A stretch of 64,000 bases of DNA from a bacterium (GTDB taxonomy: Bacteria > Pseudomonadota > Alphaproteobacteria > Rhodobacterales > Rhodobacteraceae). The notes beneath the pieces are model-generated. The model was given only the letters and a program-made list of their open reading frames with translations, searched no databases and was not told the DNA's origin. The translations under genes and the position numbers were made by a program. Positions 8,094-17,410 of this stretch are shown here, piece after piece. The DNA lies in contig JBDTQR010000001.1 of the NCBI GenBank assembly GCA_039932095.1, forward strand, positions 16,558 to 80,557. Reading direction: 5' to 3'. Positions within the stretch are counted from its first letter, which is position 1. Each line of letters opens with the position of its first letter.

Positions 8094-10168
8094 GCCGCGA
8101 CCACGCCGACCAGGGCCGGCCGCGCCTCCATGCCGATTTCCTCGTAGGACAGGACCGGGGCGGACAGCCCTTTGGCCCCCATCACAGTTCGCAGAAACCG
8201 CCGTCGCAGGGTCGATGTGACCAGCGCCGGGAAGGTGCCAACCTCAGCCGATTTGTTCAACCGCTCGGCCAGGGCATTGGCGAGTTTGCTGAACAGTTCC
8301 GGCGGCAGGGCCACGTCACGCTGGCCGCGGTCGCTGTCGACCTGATGGGTGGCGAAGGTCTTTTCCCATTCGGGCGACAGTTGAATCAGCGGGATTGTGC
8401 CATCGGCGCGCTTCAACTCGGCCACCAGCTGGAAGCCGAGCCTTTGGCGGACATGTTCGCAAATCGCCTCGGGGCTGCCAAAGGCGCGCGCCTCGGCGGT
8501 CGTCTCAAGGATCAGCGGCAGGTTGCGGATCGACACCCGCTCTTCCAGCAACAGGCGCAGCACGCTCAGCAATGTATCCACCGGAACCTTTTCCGGCACC
8601 AGTTCATCGAGCAGCCGCTTGTTCTGTTCGGCGCGCACCGGGTCGGTGGTCTTGGTGAATTCATCGAGCAAGCGGCGCAGCCCGCGCAGCGACAACAGCC
8701 GTGCCAGATTGCCCTTGATCACCTCCAGCAGATGGGTCGCCAGAACCTCAGGGGCGGAGACCACGGTCAGGCCCGACAGCACGGCGTCTTCCTGGGTGTC
8801 GGGCCGGATCCAGCGCGCCGGGGCACCATAGACCGGCTCTTTGACATCCATGCCGTCCGGCGCCGAAATCCCGTCGCTCAAGAGAACCAGAGCCCGTTCG
8901 GGGAACAGCCGATCGCGCACCCGCTCGACACCCTGCAGGCGGATCGAATAGGTGCCCGGCGTCAGAGTTGCTTCGTCAGTCAGGCGAATTTCCGGCAGGA
9001 TCAGGCCGAAACTGGCGGCGACATGGTTGCGCATATTGGCGATTCGGCTGTCGAGGCCCGTGGCCGGGTCAAGCACCATCGACACCAGATTCTGCGCGAA
9101 TTCGATGTGAATCTCATCGAAGTCCAGCACGTCGCCGATCGGGCGTTTCTGCGGAAGCGAGGCGGAGGGCGTGGCGGTTTCCGGCAGGGTCTGACCGCGG
9201 CGATGGGCCTGCCATGCTGCGTAGGCCAGCAGCAGCGCACCGATCATGAAGGGCGGAAACGGCATGCCGGGAACCAGCGAAATCAGCGCCATCAGCAGCG
9301 CAACCGTGCCTAACGCACCCGGAAAGCGGCCAAGCTGCGCGAAAAACGAGATGTCGGCCGCGCCGGTAGCGCCGCTGCGCGACAAGAGCAGCGCCGCGCC
9401 GACCGAGATGATGACGGCGGGGATCTGGCTGACCAACCCATCGCCGACGGTCAGGATGGAATAGGTCTCAAACGCTTTGGCGAGCGGCATGCCGTGGACA
9501 AAAACGCCCATCACCAGACCCATCACGAAATTCAGGACGGTGATCAGCAGCCCGGCCACCGCATCGCCCTTGACGAATTTCGATGCACCATCAAGCGCAC
9601 CGAAGAAATTCGTCTCGGCCAGTTCGCGTTCACGCCGCGCCTTGGCCTCGGCATGGGTGATCGCCCCGGCGGCCATGTCGGCGTCGATGGCGAGCTGTTT
9701 GCCGGGCATGCCGTCGAGCGCAAAGCGGGCGCCAACTTCCGCCATCCGGCCCGCAACCTTGGTGATGACGACGAAATTGACGATCAGCAGCACGCAGAAC
9801 ACCACCAGACCCAGCAGCAGGTTGCCGCCCATGATGAATTCGGCAAAGCCTTGGATCACGTGACCGGCGGCGGCGGTGCCGGTGTGGCCCTGACCGATGA
9901 TCAGCTTGGTCGACGACACGTTCAGCGACAGGCGCAGCATCAGGGACGCCAGCAGGATGGTCGGAAAGGCCGAAAATTCCAGCGGGCGTTCGATGAACAG
10001 GGTGACGGTCAGCATCAGGATCGCCAGCGCGAACGACAGCGCAAGGCCGATGTCGAGCACGAAGGCCGGCACCGGCAGTACCATCATCAGGATCACGCCC
10101 ATCAGAGCGAGGGCAAGCAGGATGGTCGGGCGAAAGACCAGCGCAAGGTTCATGCGCAGTTTCAACAT
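8090..10168 (-). CDS. flhA: Export gate protein FlhA
   Basis: FPTILLASLMLRLSLNVSST, ARFALDGMPGKQ and IGDGLVSQIP-like motifs; ATG at 10168 overlaps the upstream TGA, so the ORF-track extension to 10399 is probably not real. Confidence 0.96.
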   Translation of the reverse strand: MLKLRMNLALVFRPTILLALALMGVILMMVLPVPAFVLDIGLALSFALAILMLTVTLFIERPLEFSAFPTILLASLMLRLSLNVSSTKLIIGQGHTGTAAAGHVIQGFAEFIMGGNLLLGLVVFCVLLIVNFVVITKVAGRMAEVGARFALDGMPGKQLAIDADMAAGAITHAEAKARRERELAETNFFGALDGASKFVKGDAVAGLLITVLNFVMGLVMGVFVHGMPLAKAFETYSILTVGDGLVSQIPAVIISVGAALLLSRSGATGAADISFFAQLGRFPGALGTVALLMALISLVPGMPFPPFMIGALLLAYAAWQAHRRGQTLPETATPSASLPQKRPIGDVLDFDEIHIEFAQNLVSMVLDPATGLDSRIANMRNHVAASFGLILPEIRLTDEATLTPGTYSIRLQGVERVRDRLFPERALVLLSDGISAPDGMDVKEPVYGAPARWIRPDTQEDAVLSGLTVVSAPEVLATHLLEVIKGNLARLLSLRGLRRLLDEFTKTTDPVRAEQNKRLLDELVPEKVPVDTLLSVLRLLLEERVSIRNLPLILETTAEARAFGSPEAICEHVRQRLGFQLVAELKRADGTIPLIQLSPEWEKTFATHQVDSDRGQRDVALPPELFSKLANALAERLNKSAEVGTFPALVTSTLRRRFLRTVMGAKGLSAPVLSYEEIGMEARPALVGVVAA

Positions 10169-10848
10169 CAGGAATTTCCCCCGATCAGCGGGCCACGGGC
10201 GGCTGTCTGTGGTACCAGCGAGCCGGTGCTGCCCCGTCCACCAGCCTGCAACAGCGGGAACCGGTTTTGCCGCGCGACGGCTTCCGGCGGCGGCGCGACA
10301 GGTGCGTCGGTTCCGTGCAACACGGCCTTGACCTTGGCCAGATAGTCGGCGGCCAGATCCGGGCTGCGCGAATGGTAGGCCGACACCGCCTGCGCCCAAT
10401 CACCGCTTTCCTGATACAGCTGGGCGAGGAAAGACGCGGCATAGGCGGCATTCTGAACCGGGTCGAACATGGCTGACAGGTCGTTAAAATGCGCGCCATG
10501 CCAGCGGATGTTCAACTGGAAACAGCCGACATCGAACGTGGCGGTGCCATCGCTCAGATGCGCTGTGGCGGCGGCGACAGCCTCAGCCTTGGTGGCGTAC
10601 CAATCGCCCCGGCCGTCGGCGTTGATTGTCCACGGCCAGGGGGAACCTGCCGCGCCGCCGCGACCGGATTCGACGCGCGAGATCGCCAGAAGAATGTCAA
10701 TCGGCACGCCGCTTTGCTGGGCGGCCTGAGCGGCTGCGGTGTCACATTGATCGGCGGGATCAGGTGCAGCGGCCCGGATCTGGTCGGAGGCGGCGATCGT
10801 CAGCAAGGTGGCAAACAGCGCTGTTGGTCGAAAACTCATGGGTTTCAC
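10168..10848 (-). CDS. Flagellar lytic transglycosylase (SLT domain, SltF-like)
   Basis: Signal peptide; AISRVES catalytic Glu, PWPWTIN, DVGCFQLN and AVSAYHS. Confidence 0.88.
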   Translation of the reverse strand: MKPMSFRPTALFATLLTIAASDQIRAAAPDPADQCDTAAAQAAQQSGVPIDILLAISRVESGRGGAAGSPWPWTINADGRGDWYATKAEAVAAATAHLSDGTATFDVGCFQLNIRWHGAHFNDLSAMFDPVQNAAYAASFLAQLYQESGDWAQAVSAYHSRSPDLAADYLAKVKAVLHGTDAPVAPPPEAVARQNRFPLLQAGGRGSTGSLVPQTAARGPLIGGNS

Positions 10849-10920
10849 CCTTGGCCAAAGGGATTCTTCCCTGTCCCGGTCAGGCTAACGCCGAGAAGTT
10901 ACCGGTTGGTAAGCGCCGGC

Positions 10921-13287
10921 TCATTGGGTAGGAACCGCAGGTGATTTGACCGTATCAAGTAACGCGGAAATGGCGTCGCGGGTGGCAGAACTTTGCTCGA
11001 CAAGCCTTTGATCGGCCGCCAATGGTCCATCTGGCGCCGGGTTAGAGCCTTTTTCAGGCGGGTTGGCCACGGTGGCGGCTGCGGCTTTCCACGCTTTCGG
11101 CCCATGATCAGCCAGGGCTTGCCAGTCCTGCATGCGGCCGACGGAGTTCCACTGCGCGTCAGTCATGCCCAGTTCAGCGTAAAGTGCAGCCGCCGCCTTT
11201 TCATCGCCGAGCATCACGGTGGCCGCCAGCCGGGCCTGCATGGCAGGCGGCGTTTGATCGCCACCGAGCAGTTGCAGAGCCAGACGCGGATCGCCCTGCG
11301 CCGCAGCGACCCGTGCCGCCAGGACCGCGGGCGGGCCGTCAACCACGGACAGCCAGCGCCCGGCCTGATCCGCCAGCCCCAATTGCAGCATCCGGTCGGC
11401 AATCAGCGTGGCGGCCTTCCTGGCCTCCAGCGGCGGTGACTGACCTGCCGCCAGCGTCGCATGGGTCAAAATCGCCGAATCCGACCCGGTAGTGCCGAGG
11501 CTCTGCCACAGCACCTCGGCCGCTCCAGGCGTGCCGGCAACATGACGAAAGGCGCTGTCAAAGTCGCCGGACGCGGCATAAGCCAGCGTCAGCGCCGCGG
11601 CAATCCGTGCGCCACCCGGACCGTCCTGCAATTCCTTGGCATACCCCTCCATCGCCATCACCTGATTGTAATCGACATCCTGGCCAAGTTCCGCGCGCTG
11701 GATCACCAGTTCGGCCAGCGCATCGGCTGCCGAGGGGCCGGACTGCGCGGCCAGCGGCTCCAGCCGGGCGGCACTGGCACCGGGCGAGCCATTGGCCAGG
11801 TCGATGGCGGCCTGCATCATTTCGATCTGGGGGCCGCCTTCGGGATTGCCGCGCAGGACCGCTTGGCCAAGCACCTCAGCCGTAGCGAAATCCTTCATCG
11901 CGAGAAAGCGGTCGACCAGAATCGGGCCCAGCAGGTCGCGCAGATGGCTGGGCAGGGCCGAAAAGCTGCGCAAGATCGCGGCCTTTTCGATCTGCCCGAG
12001 ACTGAGCACCTTTGGATCGGCCAGAACCGCCCACAGCGCGGCGGCAGTATCGCAGGATTCCATCCCGGCAAAGGCAGGATGCGCGTCCGGCTCGCCATCC
12101 AGAATGCGCGCCATGCTGAGCCAGAGCGCCGCATCGGGTTGCTCGGTCGGAAAGGCGACCATGAGGGCACGGGCTTCGGCGCCAAAGCCGATGTGAAGGT
12201 CGAACCTGACGGCGCGTTCGACAGCTTCAGGGTCGATGCGGTCGAACTCTCCGGTCAATCCAGCCAAGGCGGGTGCAAACTGTTCGGATAACGGCAGTTC
12301 GCGCGCCAGCGGTACGCCGCCCGGTGTGTCGGCGGCCGGTGTGTCGGCGGCCGGTGGTGCCCCATGGCCGGCTTCGGCACCATGGTCTGCGGGTGACGGT
12401 GCGGGCGCCTCACCATGGGCCGGAGCGGCCTCTGCCGGTTCTGGTGGGGTGATCGCCCAAGCGGCAATGTCCAGCCGGTCATCCGCGATACAGGCAAGGC
12501 CTGCGGCCGTCATCGGCGCGTCATGGTCACCCTTTTGCCGGAAGATCAGATTGGGCTCCTCGCCAAGATGCAGTGCGACCGACGGGTTGCCCGACTGTTC
12601 GTTGGCCGGAACGTCGCCCCGCGGTTTGGCCATGTCCACAATGCCCGCCGAGGCGCCGCGGCTGAGTTGCTCGATCAACGATTGGCGCAGCGGTTCAAGA
12701 TCAGGGGCAACGCCTGCCGGAATATCCGCCGCAAGGCCCAGCGACGACGCGGGCAGGTCGCTGCGGCCGCCATGGCCCGCCAATTCCGCACTGGTCCAGT
12801 CGTAGGTCGGGCTCGGGCCATTGGTGGTCTGACGGGCAGGGCGGGTTTTCGGGCGGATCACCGGGCGGGCGGCCAGATTGCCAGCGGTCCCACCATCCAG
12901 CGGCAGTTCAAACGACGACCCCTTGGGCGGCGCGCCGTTGCGAATGTCGATGACCACGGTGCCGGGGCGGAATTCGAAGGGCATGGCATAGCATTCGCAG
13001 GCTATGCCAAGATGCAGCGCCCCAGTGTCCGGATCGGCCCAAAGCCCGGCGAGACGGGCCTTGCCGATAACCTTGAACGCCTTGGACAGGTCGTATTTGA
13101 CCGCGTTGCCAGTCAGTCGCAGTTCGTAACCGTCATCGGTCCGGCCAACCTGCCAGTTCACCGACCCGGCATATTGCACCACGATCCGCGTGAAATCCGC
13201 ATGATCGCCGCTGGTGACCGGCACGGCCTGCGCGATACCTTGCAATGGCCAGATCGCCAGCGCCACGCCGAACAGCCACCCGATCAT
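10921..13287 (-). CDS. Large periplasmic helical-repeat motility protein, MotK-like
   Basis: Signal peptide, N-terminal SGDHADFTRIVV beta-domain, Ala/Leu-rich helical repeats; overlaps the motA stop. MotK assignment rests on recalled synteny only. Confidence 0.6.
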   Translation of the reverse strand: MIGWLFGVALAIWPLQGIAQAVPVTSGDHADFTRIVVQYAGSVNWQVGRTDDGYELRLTGNAVKYDLSKAFKVIGKARLAGLWADPDTGALHLGIACECYAMPFEFRPGTVVIDIRNGAPPKGSSFELPLDGGTAGNLAARPVIRPKTRPARQTTNGPSPTYDWTSAELAGHGGRSDLPASSLGLAADIPAGVAPDLEPLRQSLIEQLSRGASAGIVDMAKPRGDVPANEQSGNPSVALHLGEEPNLIFRQKGDHDAPMTAAGLACIADDRLDIAAWAITPPEPAEAAPAHGEAPAPSPADHGAEAGHGAPPAADTPAADTPGGVPLARELPLSEQFAPALAGLTGEFDRIDPEAVERAVRFDLHIGFGAEARALMVAFPTEQPDAALWLSMARILDGEPDAHPAFAGMESCDTAAALWAVLADPKVLSLGQIEKAAILRSFSALPSHLRDLLGPILVDRFLAMKDFATAEVLGQAVLRGNPEGGPQIEMMQAAIDLANGSPGASAARLEPLAAQSGPSAADALAELVIQRAELGQDVDYNQVMAMEGYAKELQDGPGGARIAAALTLAYAASGDFDSAFRHVAGTPGAAEVLWQSLGTTGSDSAILTHATLAAGQSPPLEARKAATLIADRMLQLGLADQAGRWLSVVDGPPAVLAARVAAAQGDPRLALQLLGGDQTPPAMQARLAATVMLGDEKAAAALYAELGMTDAQWNSVGRMQDWQALADHGPKAWKAAAATVANPPEKGSNPAPDGPLAADQRLVEQSSATRDAISALLDTVKSPAVPTQ
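12321..12356. repeat. 15-bp tandem repeat, 2.4 copies (CCGGTGTGTCGGCGG), encoding PAADT x2
   Basis: Read directly from the sequence. Confidence 0.9.
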
Positions 13288-14156
13288 GCCGCTGAATCCT
13301 GTTTCAGGCCGCGCAGCACCTCTTCGACATCTGCGAAACTGGGGCGCACGTGATGCGGGGTGTTCTGGCGTCCGACTTCGATGCAGATGTTCGGCGGATG
13401 GCGGTGCAGGTTGGCGATCAGCACTTCGCGGATCAGCATGTGGAAATGGCCGTCCTCTTCGACAATGGCTTTGACCCGGCTCGCCATCGGGCCGACAAAA
13501 CCATAGGCCATGAACACCCCCATGAACGTACCGACCAACGCGCCGCCGATCATGCCACCCAGAATCTCCGGCGGCTGATCGATCGAGGCCATGGTCTTGA
13601 TCACCCCCAGAACGGCGGCGACGATGCCAAGGGCGGGCAAGGCGTCGGCGACCGATTGCAGGGCATGGCTGCCATGCAGGGCGTGGGCAAGCGCCTCTTC
13701 CATGCGCTTGTCGAGCACCTCTTCCACCTGATGCGGGTCATCGTAGTTCATCGACGCGGCCCGCAGGGTGTCGCAGATCAGTTCGACAACGGCGTGGTCA
13801 TGCTGGATCTTGGGATAGCGGCCGAAGATCGACGATTCCTCGGGGTTTTCGACATGCTCTTCGAGGGCGACCGGGTTTGACCGTGCGATCCGGACCAGAT
13901 CGAACAGCAAGGCCAGCAGGTCGCGGTAGTCGGCATTCTTCCATTTGGCACCTTTGAACACCTTGCCAATGTCTTTGGCGGTCTGCTTGATGGTGGCCAG
14001 AGAGTTGCCGAGCAGGAATGACCCGATGGTGGCACCGCCAATCACGATCATCTCATGCGGCAGAGCCTCAAGAATGATCTCCATCTTGCCGCCAGCTTCG
14101 ACGTAACCGCCGAAGACCATGACGAAAATGATGATGATGCCGATAATTCCGATCAT
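13284..14156 (-). CDS. motA: Stator protein MotA
   Basis: ALPALGIVAAVLG, GALVGTFMGVFMAYG and IEVGRQ. Confidence 0.97.
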   Translation of the reverse strand: MIGIIGIIIIFVMVFGGYVEAGGKMEIILEALPHEMIVIGGATIGSFLLGNSLATIKQTAKDIGKVFKGAKWKNADYRDLLALLFDLVRIARSNPVALEEHVENPEESSIFGRYPKIQHDHAVVELICDTLRAASMNYDDPHQVEEVLDKRMEEALAHALHGSHALQSVADALPALGIVAAVLGVIKTMASIDQPPEILGGMIGGALVGTFMGVFMAYGFVGPMASRVKAIVEEDGHFHMLIREVLIANLHRHPPNICIEVGRQNTPHHVRPSFADVEEVLRGLKQDSAA

Positions 14157-14190
14157 GCCGCTTCCCTGCCCGTTTGTCTTGGCCAGTGTT

Positions 14191-14209
14191 TCATGGCCGG
14201 GTTAAGAAA
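14191..14209. promoter_or_regulatory. CtrA-like site (TTAACC half-site) upstream of motA
   Basis: TCATGGCCGGGTTAAGAAA, 35-53 nt before the motA ATG. Confidence 0.5.
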
Positions 14210-14217
14210 CCTTGACT

Positions 14218-14805
14218 CTAGCCCTTGGGGGCCGTGGCATTGCGGCCCGCGATCAGGACCGAGATGGAATAGGCCTTGTCCGGCTTCATGCCTGCGAGCA
14301 CGGCCGCCGCAATCTCGGGGCGCATCCGGCCGAGAAATCCGGCGGCAAACTCTGGGGCCATGGTCTGGAACAAAGCGGCCGCATCGGCTGGCCGCATCGC
14401 TTCATAAACCGCGGTCAGGCGGGCGAGGTCTTTTTCCGCCGCGCCGTCGGCGATGGCGAGGGTCTTTTTCAGCGAGGTTTCCGCCGCTTGCAATTCCGCC
14501 ATCCGCTTGTCGATCGCTTGATTGGCCAGAGCCAGCGCCGCCATCCGGTCAGCAAGGGCGCCTTCCTGCTGCCTGACCTGCTGTTCGCGGCCGACCAAGG
14601 CAGCGGCAACCGCCGCCGGTGGCAGCGGGCAGTCCTGCGGCGCCATGGATTTCTCGCCGGACGATTCTGCCATCGCCGCCCCGATCCCGGCGCCGATCCT
14701 CAGCGCGCCAGATGACGCCAGGATGAGCGCCAGAATGACCAGCGTGCTGCGTCCGGATTTGGGCCGACCGGATTTGGGCCGACCGGATTTGGGGCGACCG
14801 GTCAT
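14218..14805 (-). CDS. motE: MotE-family periplasmic protein
   Basis: TM/signal segment, coiled coil, RLTAVYEAMRPADAAALF and MKPDKA; upstream of motA. Confidence 0.78.
   Translation of the reverse strand: MTGRPKSGRPKSGRPKSGRSTLVILALILASSGALRIGAGIGAAMAESSGEKSMAPQDCPLPPAAVAAALVGREQQVRQQEGALADRMAALALANQAIDKRMAELQAAETSLKKTLAIADGAAEKDLARLTAVYEAMRPADAAALFQTMAPEFAAGFLGRMRPEIAAAVLAGMKPDKAYSISVLIAGRNATAPKG
14753..14801. repeat. 15-bp tandem repeat, about 3.3 copies (CCGGATTTGGGCCGA), encoding GRPKS x3
   Basis: Read directly from the sequence. Confidence 0.92.
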
Positions 14806-15194
14806 TCCGCTGCCTCCATTCGGCCGGGCCGCCGCCGGATGAAGCGCAATTTCTTCTCACCCTCCGCCTCGACGTCATCCGGCAAACTGCCCGTCGCCCG
14901 GGGCTCCGCCTCCGGCAGATCATGCATCGACGCCAGCAACAGCTCCATCCGGGCCGCTGCCGCCTCAGCCCGGCTGGTCATCGATTCGAGGGTGTTTGCC
15001 GACCCGCTTGCTGCCGTGCGGGCGCGGTCCAGTGCCTTGGTCATGTCGTCGACCTGCGCCGACAGCACCGCAATCGCATTGCCCATGCCATTTTCCAGCG
15101 TGGTGAATTTCTTCAACCGGCCCGACAGCACAAAACAGTAGATCGCGGCCCCGAAAGCCCCGGACGCCATCAGAATATCCGAGATCAGTGCCAT
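14802..15194 (-). CDS. Membrane-anchored coiled-coil hypothetical protein between fliL and motE
   Basis: N-terminal TM followed by heptad-like helices; stop overlaps the motE start. Confidence 0.75.
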   Translation of the reverse strand: MALISDILMASGAFGAAIYCFVLSGRLKKFTTLENGMGNAIAVLSAQVDDMTKALDRARTAASGSANTLESMTSRAEAAAARMELLLASMHDLPEAEPRATGSLPDDVEAEGEKKLRFIRRRPGRMEAAE

Positions 15195-15204
15195 AGCCCG
15201 GCCC

Positions 15205-15687
15205 TCAATGAAGTACGAATTCGGTGACAAGCAGGTCTCGCACCCGACCTTCGCCGGTGACGATCTGAATCCGGCGCAACATCTGCGACCGCAGTCGGAC
15301 CAACGCGGTGGGGTCCTCCAGTTCGGCCACCTCGACCGCGCGCAGATAGCCGTTCAGCACGTCGACGATGCGCGGCATCAGCAGAACCACCTCATCCTGC
15401 CTGGACTTGACGACCTCCAGCTGGGCGGTGAAGCGCAGATGCATGTTCGAGGCAAACTCGCCCAGACTGACGGTGACCGGTTCCATCGGCACAAAGGCGA
15501 TGTCGGCGGTGTCGGTGGCGGCCGGCGCGCCGTGCGTGGTGGCGCTCACGGGCGCCAGAATCACCCCTGAATACACTGCATAAAATCCGCCACCGCCCAG
15601 CACCAGGAACAGCACCAGGCCCAGAAGCAGGGGCAGTTTCGACTTTTTCGCGGGCGCCACATCCTGCGGCGGTTCAGCTTCGGCCAT
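15205..15687 (-). CDS. fliL: FliL (paralog 2)
   Basis: KKSKLP-TM; FVPMEPVTVSL, MPRIVDVLNGYLR and VRDLLVTEFVLH. Confidence 0.92.
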   Translation of the reverse strand: MAEAEPPQDVAPAKKSKLPLLLGLVLFLVLGGGGFYAVYSGVILAPVSATTHGAPAATDTADIAFVPMEPVTVSLGEFASNMHLRFTAQLEVVKSRQDEVVLLMPRIVDVLNGYLRAVEVAELEDPTALVRLRSQMLRRIQIVTGEGRVRDLLVTEFVLH

Positions 15688-15734
15688 TGGTCACCTCCGT
15701 CCTCGCTGTGACGGCAGTGATAGACCCATTCATC

Positions 15735-15749
15735 CTAACCGATTGTTAA
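15735..15749. promoter_or_regulatory. CtrA box in the fliL/fliF divergent spacer
   Basis: CTAA-CCGATTG-TTAA, one mismatch to TTAA-N7-TTAA. Confidence 0.75.
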
Positions 15750-15790
15750 GCCGGATCGATCAAAGCTGAGACAAACGTGGCAGAAGCCCA

Positions 15791-17410
15791 ATGACGGAGA
15801 CGAGTTTGCAAAATCTGTTGGAGCTTTGGGCCAGTCTCGGCAATCGCCGCCGGGCCATTGTGATCGGCGCGACAGTCGCGATGTTTCTGGCGGTTCTGGG
15901 TCTGGCGCGGATGGCCGGGTCGCCGAATATGGCCTTGCTGTATTCCGGGCTGGACAGTCAGTCTGCCGGAGCCGTCATCACCGCACTCGATGCCCAGGGC
16001 GCGAAATATGAGGTGCGCGGCACCGCGATTTATGTCGACGCGGCGCAGCGCGACACTCTGCGCATGGTTCTGGCCGGTCAGGGTCTGCCCGCGACGGGCG
16101 GAACCGGCTACGAACTGCTTGATTCGCTGTCCGGTTTTGGCACGACCTCGCAAATGTTCGACGCCGCCTATTGGCGTGCCAAAGAGGGCGAGCTGGCCCG
16201 CACCGTGCTGGCCCTGCCCGAGGTCAAATCCGCCCGGGTGCATATTGCGCAGGCGCCAACCCAGTTGTTTCAGGACCACGGCAAGCCGACCGCCAGCGTG
16301 ACCGTGGTCACCTCGACCGGCGCGCTGACTGCCCAGCAGGCCAAGGCGCTGCGGCATCTGGTGGCGGCAGCGGTGCCGGGCATGCAGCCGGACGACGTCG
16401 CCGTCATTGATTCGGTCGCCGGGCTGATTCCATCGGAAACCGACACGGCCGCCCCCAATGCCACCGGCGACGCCAAAGCCGCAGAAATTCGTCAAAATGT
16501 TGAACGACTTCTGGCGGCGCGGGTTGGGCCCGGCAAGGCCGTGGTCGAAGTCAATGTCGATGTGGTGACCGACCGCGAAGAGGTCAACGAGCACACTTTC
16601 GACCCGCAGGGCCGCGTGGCGATTTCGACCGAAACCCAGGACAAGACCGGGTCGAGCAATGGCAGCGACGGCTCGGTTACCGTCGCCTCCAACCTGCCAA
16701 GCGGCAATGCCGGTGCGGCGGGCAGCAACCAAAGTCAGAACTCCGAAAAGCAAGAGCGGGTGAATTACGAGGTGTCCGAAACCAACCGGCAGTTGATCAA
16801 GGCGCCCGGTGCAGTACGCAAAGTCTCGGTCGCCGTGCTGGTTGATCAGGAAACCGTTGTCGCGGCCGACGGCTCTCTCACTTTCCAGCCGCGGACCGAC
16901 GCCGAGCTGGCAACCCTCAAAGAGCTGGTCGCCTCGGCCATCGGTTTCGATGAGGCGCGCGGCGACGTGCTGACGTTGAAATCGCTGCCGTTCCAGCAAC
17001 AGGCCGCAGCCGGCACGCTGGTTGAATCCGGCATGTTCGGCGCGTTGGCTAAATTGAACGTGATGTCGATCATCCAGCTGACGGTGCTGGCATTCGTCGC
17101 ACTGGTCCTGGGTCTGTTCGTCCTGCGTCCTATCTTGACCTCGGGCAGCCGCAGTGCCGCACAGGCGGGGACGGCTTTTGGCCCGCTGGCCCTGCCGGGC
17201 GGCGGCGGCCAGATTGCCGATGCGCTGACTGGCGAGATTGACGATCTGGGCCTGATGCCCGCCACCGCCGACTTTGCCGAGCAAGAGGCCGCGATGTCCG
17301 GCATCGAAACCGACCCGGTGGCCCGCCTGCGCCGCTTGATCGAAGAACGCCAGTCCGAATCGATCGAGATCCTGCGCAGCTGGATGGAACATGATGAGGA
17401 GCCTGTCTGA
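15791..17410 (+). CDS. fliF: MS-ring protein FliF
   Basis: Two TMs; GYELLD, AKEGELARTV, VKSARVHIA and KPTASV. Confidence 0.97.
   Translation: MTETSLQNLLELWASLGNRRRAIVIGATVAMFLAVLGLARMAGSPNMALLYSGLDSQSAGAVITALDAQGAKYEVRGTAIYVDAAQRDTLRMVLAGQGLPATGGTGYELLDSLSGFGTTSQMFDAAYWRAKEGELARTVLALPEVKSARVHIAQAPTQLFQDHGKPTASVTVVTSTGALTAQQAKALRHLVAAAVPGMQPDDVAVIDSVAGLIPSETDTAAPNATGDAKAAEIRQNVERLLAARVGPGKAVVEVNVDVVTDREEVNEHTFDPQGRVAISTETQDKTGSSNGSDGSVTVASNLPSGNAGAAGSNQSQNSEKQERVNYEVSETNRQLIKAPGAVRKVSVAVLVDQETVVAADGSLTFQPRTDAELATLKELVASAIGFDEARGDVLTLKSLPFQQQAAAGTLVESGMFGALAKLNVMSIIQLTVLAFVALVLGLFVLRPILTSGSRSAAQAGTAFGPLALPGGGGQIADALTGEIDDLGLMPATADFAEQEAAMSGIETDPVARLRRLIEERQSESIEILRSWMEHDEEPV

Noticed and set aside
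10169-10399. 77-aa N-terminal extension of FlhA in the ORF track
   Set aside because: Overlaps the lytic transglycosylase gene; the ATG at 10168 has TGATG coupling and gives the usual N-terminus
10849-10920. TAAC/GTTA-containing sequence upstream of the transglycosylase-flhA operon as a CtrA box
   Set aside because: The best alignment has three or more mismatches or the wrong spacing
5447-15687. Two fliL paralogs as a novelty
   Set aside because: From recall this is a common feature of Rhodobacteraceae flagellar clusters
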